Shown one piece after another: positions 1 through 11,700 of a stretch of DNA of 64,000 bases. Source of the stretch: Heterodontus francisci (taxonomy: Eukaryota). The stretch's first letter is position 1. Every line of letters begins with the position of its first letter. Below the pieces are notes generated by a model. It worked only from the letters and a program-made list of their open reading frames with translations. It did not search any database and was not told where the DNA came from. Both the position numbers and the translations under genes were made by a program. Where the stretch lies: contig NC_090406.1 of assembly GCF_036365525.1 (NCBI RefSeq), forward strand, positions 5,765,394 to 5,829,393, read 5' to 3'.

Positions 1-2055
1 TAGAGCTTGGGGCCTGGGCAACTGAAGGTGCAGCCGCCAATGGTGCAGTGATTAAAATCAGGGATGCTCAAGAGGCCAGAATTAGAGGAGTGCAGAGATC
101 TCGGAGGGTTGTAGGGCTGGAGGAGATTACAGAGATAGGGAGTAGGGAGGCCCTGGAGGGATTGGAAAACAAGGATGAGAAGTTTGAAATCAAGATGTTG
201 CTTGACCGGGAGCCAATATAGGTCAGTGAGCCTAGGGGTGATAGGGGAACAGGATTTGCTGTGAGTTAAGACACGGGCAGTAGAGTTTTGGATGACCTCA
301 AGTTTTTGTACAGTAGAATGTGGGAGACCAGCCAGGAATGCGTTGGAATAATCAAATCAAGAGGTAACAAAGGCATGGATGAGGGTTTCAGCAGTAGATG
401 AGCTGAAACAGGAATGAAGTCAGGTGATGGAAAGTGGGAGGTGGAAATAGGCAGTCTTAGTGATGGCACGAACATGAGGTTGGAAGCTCATCTCGGGGTC
501 AAATATGACTCCAAGGTTGCAAACAGACTGGTTTTGTCTCAGACTGTTGTCAGGGAGAGGGATGGAGTCGGGAGCTAGGGAACGGAGTTTGGGGTGGGGA
601 CTGAAAACAATGGCTTTAGTCTTCCAATATTTAATTGGAGGAAATTTCTACTCATCTAGTACTGGATGTGGATAAGTAGTCTGATAATTTAGCAACAGTG
701 GAGGAGTTGAGAGGGGTGGTGGTGAGGTAGAGCTGGGTGTCGTCAGCATACATGTGAAAACTGACGCTGTGTTTTTGGATGTTGCCACCGAGGGGCAGCA
801 TATAGATGAGAAATAGGAGGGAGGGGGGGCACCGATAGGTCCTTGGGGGACACCAGAGGCAACGGAGCTGGAGCAGGAAGAGAAGCCATTGCAGGTGATT
901 CTCTGGATATGATTAGATAGATAAGAATGGAAGCAAGTGAAAGCAGTCCCACCAGTTGGACAACAGTGGAGAGGTGTTGGAGGAGGATGGTTTGGTCCAC
1001 TGTGTCAAAGGCTGCAGACAGGTCGAGAAGGACGAGGAGGCAAGTTTACCTTTGACACAGTCACGTCAGATGTCATTTGCGACTTTGATAAGAGCTGTTT
1101 CGGTTCTGTGACAGGGGCGGAAAGCTGACTGGAGGGATTCAAACACGCTGTTCCTAGAAAGATGGGAATGGACTTGAAAGACAACAACATGTTCAAAGAC
1201 TTTGGAAGGAAATGGGGTTGCAGATGGGACATTAATTTGCAAGGACAGTGGGGTTAAGGGTTGTTTTTTTTTTTGAGGGGAGGGGTGATGACGGCAGATT
1301 TAAAGGAGAGAGGGACAACACCTGAAGACAGAGAACTGTTCACAAATTTGGCTAACATGGGGATCGGAGGGGGTGGGGGAGGGGGGGTGGTTGGACGACT
1401 GGCAGTTTAGTGGGAATAGGATTGCGGGAACAGCAGGTGGGTCTGATGGACAAGATGAGCTCAGAGAGGACATGAGCGAAGGTAGAAGAGAAAGATGGGA
1501 GTTCAGGCTAGGGCAGGGGGAGGATTAGAGGAAGTTTGGCCCGGTGAACTAGTGGAAGGGTGGGACGTGGCAGAGGCAGCTGATCGGATGGTCTCGATCT
1601 CAGTGACAAAGATGTCCATGAGCTCCTTCCACTTATTGTTAGAGGTGAGGGTGGAGAGGACAGGGGAGAGGAGTTTAAGTACAGAAAAGTGGTCAGGGGT
1701 TATCTTTACATTCCAGAATGATCCTGGAATTGAGCAGTTTTAGCAGATGAGAGAAGGACCCAATAGTGTTTTATGCGGTCCAGCCAAATCTGGACCATAC
1801 CCTTTCAAATTTGTGTCCCTTGGACTTAACAGAGCAGAGATGCGAGATGTACCAGGGCGACTGGCCAGGGTGAGTGAGAGTAATAGTTGGGGTCGTAAGG
1901 GCATCGAAGATGGAGGCAAGGTGCAGTTGAGCAAATCAGTGCCTGCAGAAATGTCATGGCTAATGGAAGGCCAAAGGCTCAACAATTTGGGAATTTGACA
2001 CTGCAGTTGTAAGTGAATTAGGGATAGTTTTTCCAGGCAAAGCTCCACATGAACT
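1..2055 (-). mobile_element. Decayed L2-clade LINE fragment (RT region)
   Basis: Minus-strand RT motifs LSAAFDTVD (~995-1023), SGVPQG (~840-858) and HMYADDT (~737-757), broken by stops and frameshifts; L2-like 3' region toward position 1. Boundaries approximate. Confidence 0.8.
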
Positions 2056-2148
2056 CTTTATCCACTCCACCTCCACCCATTCCACATTCACTCTTCATCC
2101 ACCCCGTATTCATACTACATCCACTCCCAATTCCACTCTGCACTTACT

Positions 2149-5100
2149 CATAGAAACATAGAAAACAGGAGCAGGAGTAGGCCATTTGGCCCTTCGAGCC
2201 TGCTCCGCCATTCATTATGATCATGGCTGATCATCCAACTCAGTAACCTGTTCCTGCTTTCGCCCCATATCATTTGATCCCTTTTGCCCCAAGAGCTTTA
2301 TCTAACTCCTTCTTGAAAACATACAATGTTTTGGCCTCAACTGCTTTCTGTGGTAGTGAATTCCACAGGTTCACCACTCTCTGGGTGAAGAAATTTCTCC
2401 TCATCTCAGCCCTGAAAGGTTTACCCCATATCCTTAGACTATGACCCCTGGTTCTGGACTCCCCACCATCGGGAACATCCTTCCTGCATCTACCCTGTCA
2501 AGTCCTGTTAGAATTTTATAGATTTCTATGAGATCCCCCCTCACTCATTTGAACCCCAACAAATATAATCCTAACCGACTCAATATCTCCTCATACGTCA
2601 GTCCTGCCATCCCAGGAATCAGTCTGGTAAACCTTCGCTGCACTCCCTCTATAGCAAGAACATCCTTCCTCAGATAAGGAGACCAAAACTGCACACAATA
2701 TTCCCGGTGTGGCCTCACCAAGGCCCTGTATAACTGCAGCAAGACATCCCTGCTCCTGTACTCGAATCTTCACGCTATGAAGGCCAACATACCATTTGCC
2801 TTTTTTACCGCCTGTTGCACCTGCATGCTTACCTTCAGCGACTGGTGTACGAGAACACCCAGGTCTCGCTGCATTTTTTTTTTCCCAAAATATACTTTAT
2901 TCATAAAAATCTGTAAAAATTACATTGCCAAACAGTTTCCAAACAGCACCAAAAAATACAAACATTGCAAGGGAGATCAGTTTCCTTCAATACTGTCATG
3001 AGTTTCTTCCCAACCCTTCCGTTTCACAATTGTCATGTCAATTACAGTTTTACATTTACAGCAATTCAGAATATTAACGATACAGTTCGAGGGGTTTCCC
3101 ATGGATCCAGCCCCTCAGTCCAGCTTGGTGGGGGAACCTTACACTGTGGTCTTTCCCCATTGAGCCTTTGCTGCGGCTGCCCCAAGCTTTAGTGCGTCCC
3201 TCAGCACGTAGTCCTGGACCTTGGAATGTGCCAGTCTGCAACATTCGGTGGTGGACAACTCTTTGCGCTGGAAGACCAGCAAGTTTCGGGCAGACCAAAG
3301 GGCGTCTTTCACCGAATTGATAGTCCTCCAGCAGCAGTTGATGTTTGTCTCGGTGTGCGTCCCTGGGAACAGCCCGTAGAGCACAGACTCCTGTGTTACA
3401 GAGCTGCTTGGGATGAACCTTGACAACAACCACTGCATCTCTTTCCACACCTGCTTTGCAAAGGCACATTCCAGGTCTCGCTGCATATTCCCCTCTCTCA
3501 GTTTATAGCCAGATAATAATCTGCCTTCCTGTTTTTGCTACCAAAGTGGATAACCTCACACTTAACCACATTATACTGCATCTGCCACGCATTTGCCCAC
3601 ACACTCAACTTGTCCAAATCACCCTGAAGCCTCTCTGCATCCTCCTCACAACTCACCCTCTCACCCAGTTTTGTGTCATCTGCAAATTTGGAGATATTAT
3701 ATTTAGTTCCCTCATCTAAATCATTAATGTATATTGTGAATAGCTGGGGTCCTAGCACCGTTCCCTGCGGTACCCCACTAGTCACTGCCTGCCATTCGGA
3801 AAAAGACCCATTTATCCCTACTCTGTTTCCTGTCTGCCAACCAATTTTCTATCCATCGCAATACACTACTCCCAATCCCATGCGCTTTAATTTTACACGC
3901 TAATCTCTTATGTGGGACTTTGTTGAAAGCCTTCTGAAAGTCCAAATAAACCACATTCACTGGCTCCCCCTCATCAACTCTACTAGTCACATCCTCGAAG
4001 AATTCTAGTAGATTTGTCAAGCATGATTTCCCTTTCGTAAATCCATGCTGACTCTGTCTGATTCTACCACTATTCTCTAAGTGCTCTGCTATAAAATCTT
4101 TGATAATGGACTCTAGAATTTTCCCCACTACTGACGTCAGGCTGACTGGTGTATAATTCCCTGCTTTCTCTCTACCTCCCTTTTTAAATAGTGGGGTTAC
4201 ATTAGCTACACTCCAATCTGTAGGAACTGTTCCAGAGTCTATGGAATCTTGAAAGATGACCACCAATGCATCCACTATTTCTAGGGCCACTTCCTTAAGT
4301 ACTCTGGGATGTAGATTATCAGGCTCTGGGGATTTATCGGCCCTCAATCCCATCAATTTCCCCAATAGCATTTCTCTACTAATACTGATTTCTTTCAGTT
4401 CCTCTCTCTCACTAAACCCTGTGTTCCCCAACATTTCTGGTATGATATTTGTGTCCTCCTTTGTGAAAACATAACCAAAGTATGTATTTAGTTGGTCAGC
4501 CATTTCTTTGTTCCCCATAATAAATTCCCCTGTTTCTGACTGTAAGGGACCTACATTTGTCTTCACCAATCTTTTTCTCTTCACATACCTACAGACACTT
4601 TTACAGTCAGTTTTCATGTTCCCTGCAAGCTTACTCTCGTACTCTATTTTCCCCTTCTTAATCAATCTCTTGGTCCTCCTTTGCTGAATTCTAAACTGCT
4701 CCCAATCCTCAGGTCTGTTGTTTTTCCTGGCAAATTTATATGCCTCTTCATTGGATCTATTGCTATCTCTAATTTCCCCTGTAAGCCATGGTTTGGCTAC
4801 CTTTCCCATTTTACTTTTGCGCCAGACAGGGATAAACAATTGTTGCAGTTCATCCATGTGCACTTTGAATGTTTGCCATTGCCTATCCACCGTCATCCCT
4901 TTAAGTAATGTTTCCCAATCCGTCATGGCCAACTCTTGCCTCATACCTTCGTAGTTTCCTTTATTAAGATTCAGGACCCTAGTCTCAGAATCAACTATGT
5001 CACTCTCCATCTTGATGAAGAATTCTATCATATTATGGTCGCTCATCCCCAAGGGATCTCGCACCAGTAGATTGTCAATTATTCCTCTCTCATTATACAA

Positions 5101-5770
5101 TACCCAGTCTAGGATGGCCCATCCCATATACACTCCAAGAATTCCTCTTCTACTGTATTGTGACTAATCTGCATATAGATTGGACAAATCAAATTAAAGT
5201 CACCCATAATTACAGATGTTCCTTTATCACATGCATCTCTAATTTCCTGTTTAATGCCATTCCCAACATCACCACTACAGTTTGGAGGTCTATATACAAC
5301 CCCCACTAACTTTTTTGCCCTTTAGTGTTTCTCAGCTCTACCCATACAGATTCCACATCGCCAGAGCTAATATCCTTCCTCACTATTGCATTAATTTCCT
5401 CTTTAACCAGCAATGCAATTCCACTGCATTCTACTTTTTGTCTGTCCTTCCTAAATACTGAATACCCCTGGAAGTTCATTTCCCATCCCTGGTCACCTTG
5501 CAGCCATTCTCCGTAATCCTGATTAGATCAGACCCGTTTACATCTATTTGCACGATTAATTCATCCACTTTATTGCAAATGTTCCACGCATTAAGGCACA
5601 AAGCCTTAAGGCTTGTCTTTTTAACATTACTTGTCCCCTTCCCACTATTTTTCACTGTGGCCCTGTTTGATTCTGGCCCTTGATTTCTCTGCCCATCACT
5701 TTTCTTATTCCCCTTACTGTCTTTTGTTTTTGTCTTTGATTGCCCCTCCTGACTCCTTGCAAAGGTTCCC
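2149..5770 (-). mobile_element. CR1-clade LINE (endonuclease-RT ORF2, degraded), interrupted by a Tx1 fragment
   Basis: ORFs 5476-5772 (CLNAWNI.NK), 5109-5306 (VYRPP, GDFN), 3778-5133 (DPLGMSDH, QHGF.KGKSC, DFQKAF), 3498-3785 (GVPQG, FADDT) and 2545-2742; CR1-type tail TTTTCTATGTTTCTATG on the minus strand at ~2149-2165. Confidence 0.93.
2875..3470 (-). mobile_element. 5'-truncated Tx1/L1-clade LINE 3' end nested in CR1
   Basis: Poly(T) at 2874-2883 followed by TTTATT; ORF 3139-3486 nearly identical to the C-terminus of ORF 6345-7526; TSD CCAGGTCTCGCTGCAT at 2859-2874 and 3471-3486. Confidence 0.93.
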
Positions 5771-5932
5771 ATTCACTCTGCATCTGCTCCACACTTCCTC
5801 CACATTCACTTCAAATCCACTCTGCACTCACTCTCAATCTAATGTGCATTCACTCCGCACACACTGTGCTCATTGACTGTCGTCTCATTTCCGCAAGGCT
5901 CTGCTACTTTGGTGATATTTCAGCCATTAGTG

Positions 5933-7785
5933 TCAGAATCCATGAGAAAAGGCATCATCACCCTCATCTACAAGCAGAAGGGGGAGAGGACAGAAATCAG
6001 AAATTGGCGGCCCATCTCACTGCTTAATGTTGACTACAAGATTCTGTCCAAAGTCGTCACCAGTCGGGTCAAGTCTGCTCTGGAGTTGGTGATCCACCCT
6101 GATCAGACCTGTACTCTACCCGGCAGGAAGATCTCTGATAGTCTCGAGCTACTCAGGGATACGATCGCCTATGTACGGGACAGGAGGGTGGACACCTGCC
6201 TCATCAGCCTGGACCAGGAGAAGGCTTTTGACAGGATATCGCACATATACATAATGGATGTGCTCTCCAAAATGGGGTTTGGGGAGGGAATCTGTAATTG
6301 GATCAAACTGCTCTACACAGACATAAGTAGCCCAGTCTTAATCAATGGGTGGAAATCAAAGTTTCCCGATCCAATCTGGAGTCAGACAGGGCTGTCCTCT
6401 CTCCCCTGTCTTGTTTGTTTGCTGTATTGAACCCTTTGCTGAGTCTATTAGGAAGGAAGCGAGCATCAGAGGGGTGACAATCCCAGGCAGTGGAGGCACT
6501 CAGGTTAAAACCTCCCTGTACATGGAGGACGTCGCCATCTTCTGCTCAGATCCACTGTCCGTTTGCAGACTGATGAGCATCTGCGACCAGTTCGAACTGG
6601 CCTCGGGAGCCAAAGTTAACCACGGCAACAGTGAGGCCATGTTCTTTGGGAACTGGGCTGACCGATCCTTTGTCCCCTTCACCGTCAGGTCAGACTACCT
6701 GAAGGTGCTGGGGATATGGTTCGGAAGGGCCGGGGTGTGCACCAAAACCTGGAAGGAGCGAGTAGCCAGGATACACCATAATCTGAACATGTGGGAGCAG
6801 CGATCTCTCTCCATTGTGGGTGAGAACCTGCCGCGGTACGCTTCATCCAGTTGGACCGTGCCGTACCACCTATCCTTCGTGGGAAAGTTTCTGCGGAAAA
6901 ACACCTTTGACCACCAATCCATCAGGCAGTGGTCTGCACGGAATGTCCTCAAGGCCCTACGGGAAAAGGAGATGGTGGATCCTGTCGGATGTTTCCCTGA
7001 GCAGACCGTCAAAGTCATTTGGCGGAATGCCTCATCACCAGAACTTTCAAACAAGCACCAAGATGTAGCTTGGCTGGTGGTGAGAAGAGCATTCCCTGTC
7101 AGATATTTTCTGCATGCCCGGAGTCTCACCCCCTCCGCACAATACCCTCGCGGGGGCTGTGCTGGGGAAGAGACGGTTGCCCACCTCCTCCTGGAATGTG
7201 TCTTTGCAAAGCAGGTGTGGAAAGAGATGCAGTGGTTTTTGTCGAGGTTCATCCCAAGCAGCTCTGTAACACAGGAGTCTGTGCTCTACGGGCTGTTCCC
7301 AGGGACGCACACCGAGATAAACATCAACTGCTGCTGGAGGACGATCAATTCGGTGAAAGATGCTCTTTGGTCTGCCCGAAACTTGCTGGTCTTCCAGCGC
7401 AAAGAGTTAACCATGGCCGAATGTTGCAGACCGGCACATTCCAAGGTCCAGGACTATGTGCTGAGGGACGCACTAAAGCTTGGGGCAGCCGCAGCAAAGG
7501 CTCAATGGGGAAAGACCACTGTGTAAGGTCCCCCCACCAAGCTGAACTGAGGGGCTAGACCCATGGGAAACTCTTCGGGTTGTATATACCAAATATGGGT
7601 TTGCTGCAAAATGTACATGGCATGTAAAATTAAATGGAAGGGTTGTGAGGCAACTCACTCCTGTATTGAAGGAAACTGATTTCCTTTGCACTTTGTATTG
7701 TTGACTGGGTACGGTTTTGAACTGTATTGTAATTTTTTTTTTTACAGAATTTTATGAATAAAGTATATTTTGGAAATAAAAAAAA
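5933..7785 (+). mobile_element. 5'-truncated Tx1/L1-clade LINE (RT plus C-terminal region), frameshifted and probably internally deleted
   Basis: WRPISLLNVDYKI, DQEKAFD, GVRQGCPLSP, YMED (degenerate YxDD) and ETVAHLLLEC; AATAAA plus poly(A) ending at 7785; 21-bp TSD GTGA(T/G)ATTTCAGCCATTAGTG at 5912-5932 and 7786-7806. Confidence 0.93.
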
Positions 7786-8456
7786 GTGAGATTTCAGCCA
7801 TTAGTGAGCATTTGGTGTAGAACAGCCCCACCTAGTGCCAGACACAGGGAATGCTGGAATTGCACAGCAAGCTCAACAGTGTTAATGGTTTCGAGTTTGG
7901 ACAGAGTGGGGGGAGGGTCAGTAACCCGAGGACAGATTTAAGAACCAGAGGGGAGATGAGGAGAGCTTTTTTTTTAAATGCAGTGAGTTGTTGTGATCTG
8001 GAATGCGCTGCCTGAAAGGGCAGTGGAAGCAGATTCAATAGTAACTTTCAACAGGGAATTCGACAAATACTTGAAAAGGAAACATTTGCAGGGCTGTGGG
8101 GAAAGAGCAGGGGAAAAGGGACTAATTGGAAAGCTCTTTCAAAGAGCCAGCACAAGCACACAGGGCCAAATGGCCTCCCTCTGTGCTGTATGATACAGAC
8201 CCCTAGAAAATAGGCAACATGTTTAGATAGAGGATCTGGATCGGCGCAGGCGTGGAGGGCCGAAGGGCCTGTTCCTGTGCTGTAATTTTCTTTGTTCTTT
8301 CTTTCTTTGTTCTATGATTCTGTATAGACTCTGTATCAGAACTGTGTGAACTGTAACACGCTCTGCCCTGTGCCTTATCCTGTGTGTAAGACCCACCCTC
8401 CTGGGTTTATGAAGCTCCTTTTATAAGCTTGAGACATACAGAAAAGAGATACTCAC

Positions 8457-8729
8457 ATTCCACATCGACCTGAGCTGTCAGTCGCACTTCACCCAATTTA
8501 TTCTCCACGACACACTCATAAATCCCGTGGTCGTCCGGTCTGAGAGAGTCGATTCTCAGCTCCGACTCCCCCCTTGATCGGGAGATGTTCCACCTTCGCA
8601 GCGCACTGGGGTCTGTTCTCCTCCAGGTGATGTTGGGTTCAGGGTTGGCATCTCCACAGCAGGTTAACGCCAGCGCCTCGCTGTCCCTGGCACTGCCCCC
8701 ACCGTCTATGGAAACATTCCGGGGACCAT
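8457..8729 (-). CDS. Ig adhesion gene exon 6, Ig domain 5 (duplicate of domain 4)
   Basis: Same splice sites and length as 10386-10658; 5 nt differences giving 2 amino-acid changes (H to C, Q to L); frame open. Confidence 0.88.
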
Positions 8730-11700
8730 CTGGAAATCAGGAAACAAACTGCAACTCATCCAAAACCTCTGCTGTCCCGTATCCTGGGCACCCGCGGAGA
8801 AAAACCATAGATAGGGACATTTTAAAAAATTGTGGGGAATTTTTATTTACCTGACCTGCACAGAGCAGGTCAGCCAGAAGGTCACGGGAAACCTGCAGTC
8901 TGGGATTCACCCACATCGTGTCTACAATGTCACTGAGCAGTTCCCTCCTGGACCCCAGAATGATCGGAGACTGGGGGGGGGGGGGGGGGGGGGGGGGGCA
9001 TTGGTTGGTGAACACAGGTCGATTGGGGGTGAGGAGGGGGACAACTCTGAGCTGCTGATCCCATAGGAGAGGTCGGGGGGTCTGAGGGAGGGGAATTACA
9101 ATTTAGAGGGAACTCAGGACTCGGTGGGGGGAAAGGAGGGGGGGGGAATGGTTGTGGGGGAGGGGTCGGATGAGGGAGGCACCTGGGTCAAGGAAGTAGC
9201 AATGTGCGATGACACTCACCTCCTGAATCCACCAAGACCTGTAAACCTGCATCTCACGGACTGCAGCAGTTCACAAAGGTGGATCAGCACCACCTTCTCA
9301 GGGGCAATTATGGATGGGCAACAAATGCCAGCCTCGCCATTGACCCTCACATCCCACAAACAAATAAAATGTGAAAGCTGGAAATGGGCAGGCTGGAGGT
9401 GGGTTTGGGCCCAGAAACAGAATTTTCAGCTTTTAACCCACCCCCACCTGTTTTTATAGGTTAAAATTCTCCCCATTGTGTGTTTTTACATTTTTGAGCA
9501 ATTTGATTTATTATAAATAGAAAGACTTACATTTCTATAGCAACTTTCATAACCTCAGGACATCCCAGCCAATGAAGTACATTTAATGTGCAGTCTCTGA
9601 TGTAACGTAGGACATTACTTATAAAAAATACTTGGGGACGGGTGGGGGAGAAGGCTGCTCGACTGGGTGGGGCAGTTGGAGATGGGAGATCCAGTGATGA
9701 AACCTCCAGGATACACCCCAGCAGAGTTGGCAACCCCTGAGTAAGCGTTGGGATGAATTCAGTAGATAGATTCCTCAGTGCTCGATTCTGTTCTGCTATT
9801 GGTTACAAAGGGAACCTCTTGTGCCAGAAATCCTACAGGAAGCATCAACAGGAGTCGGCCATTTAACTCAGCGACCCAGGTCTTCCATTTTGTAGCAGGT
9901 GTGTCTGTTCTATTCCAAATCCTGGGGCTTCTCCCGATCCCATCCCATCATCTCCCTCCGAGATAAATCCCCACTTCACATTTAAACAGGTCGACTGATC
10001 CAACATCTGCAAAGCAGCAATCTGGAAATGGGATCATGCAATGTCCTTTTAAGGAGTGCTGAAGGGTGCAGCAGGCCCTCATTCCGCACTGGGAGTGCTC
10101 CTGCAGGAGTAACTTTGGAAAGGGAATTGGATAAATACTCAAAGGAAAAACAGGCCATGGGGAAAGAAGAGGGACCAATTGGAAAGCTCTTTCAAAGAGC
10201 CAGCACAAGCACACGGGGCCAAATGGCCTCCCTCTGTGCTGCATGATTCTGTATAGACTCTGTATCAGAACTGTGTGAATTGTAACACGCTCTGACCTGT
10301 GCCTTATCCTGTGTGTAAGACCCACCCTCCTGGGTTTATGAAGCTCCTTTTATAAGCTTGAGACATACAGAAAAGAGATACTCACATTCCACATCGACCT
10401 GAGCTGTCAGTCGCACTTCACCCAATTTATTCTCCACGACACACTCATAAATCCCGTGGTCGTCCGGTCTGAGAGAGTCGATTCTCAGCTCTGACTCCCC
10501 CCTTGATCGGGAGATGTTCCACCTTCGCTGCGCACTGGGGTCTGTTCTCCTCCAGGTGATGTTGGGTTCAGGGTTGGCGTCTCCATGGCAGGTTAACGCC
10601 AGCGCCTCGCTGTCCCTGGCACTGCCCCCACCGTCTATGGAAACATTCCGGGGACCATCTGGAAATCAGGAAACAAACTGCAACTCATCCAAAACCTCTG
10701 CTTCCCTGTATCCTAACTCACAACAAGTCTTGCTCACATATCACCCGCTGTGTGCTCACTGATCGACATTGGTTTCTGACTCACCACCTCACCTTGTTTT
10801 TTTAAATTTAGAGATTCAGCACTGAAACAGGCCCTTCGGCCCACCGAGTCTGTGCTGACCATCAATCACCCATTTATACTAATCCTGCATTAATCCCATT
10901 ACCTTCGTATATCCCCACCTTTCCTCAATTCCCCTACCACCTACCTATACGAGGGGCAATTTACAATGGCCAATTTACCCATCAACCTGCAAGTCTTTGG
11001 CTGTGGGAGGAAACCGGAGCACCCGGCAGAAACCCACACGGTCACAGGGAGAACTTGCAAACTCCGCAGAATCGAACCCGAGTCGCTGGAGCTGTGAGGC
11101 TGCGGTGCTAACCACTGCGCCACTGTGCCGCCCGTTTCTCATTGAAACTTTTGTCGATGGCATGTGAAATCTGTCTGGAAAACTGAACTGTCCATTTTTA
11201 GTCTCTATGTGGGTTTGAGTTGCCAACCCTCCAGGATTGTCCTGCAGTCTCCAGAAATTAAAGATTAATCTCCAAGAAACTGCTGCAAGTGAGAGCCTTT
11301 GAACAATTTCATTTATTAAAGAACGAACTTGCATTTCTATAGCAACTTTCACAACTTTGGGACAGTCGCTGTTGCAATGTAGGAAATTAGTTTTAAAAAT
11401 ATTGGAGGATGGGGGAGGAGAAGGCTGCTCGACTGGGTGGGGCAGTTGGAGATGGGAGATCCAGTGATGAAAACTCCAGGATACACCCCAGCAGAGTTGG
11501 CAACCCCTAGGTAAGTGTTGGGGTGAATTCAGTAGATAGACCCCTCAGTGCTCGATTCTGTTCTGTTCTATTGGCTACAAAGGGAACCTCTTGTTCCAGA
11601 AATCCTACATGGAAGCATCAACAGGAATTGGCCATTTAACTCAGCGACCCAGGTCCTCCATTTTGTGACGCCTGTTCTATCCCTAATCTTGGGGTTTCTC

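Noticed and set aside
1-8450. Search for TM and cytoplasmic exons of the Ig gene
   Set aside because: The region is almost all LINE or low-complexity sequence; no hydrophobic exon with splice sites found, so the gene probably continues beyond position 1.
8585-8854. Plus-strand ORFs 8585-8854 and 10514-10762
   Set aside because: Antisense shadows of the duplicated Ig exons.
8973-8998. Long G homopolymers (also ~31340-31358)
   Set aside because: Simple low-complexity runs of unreliable length; no evidence of function.
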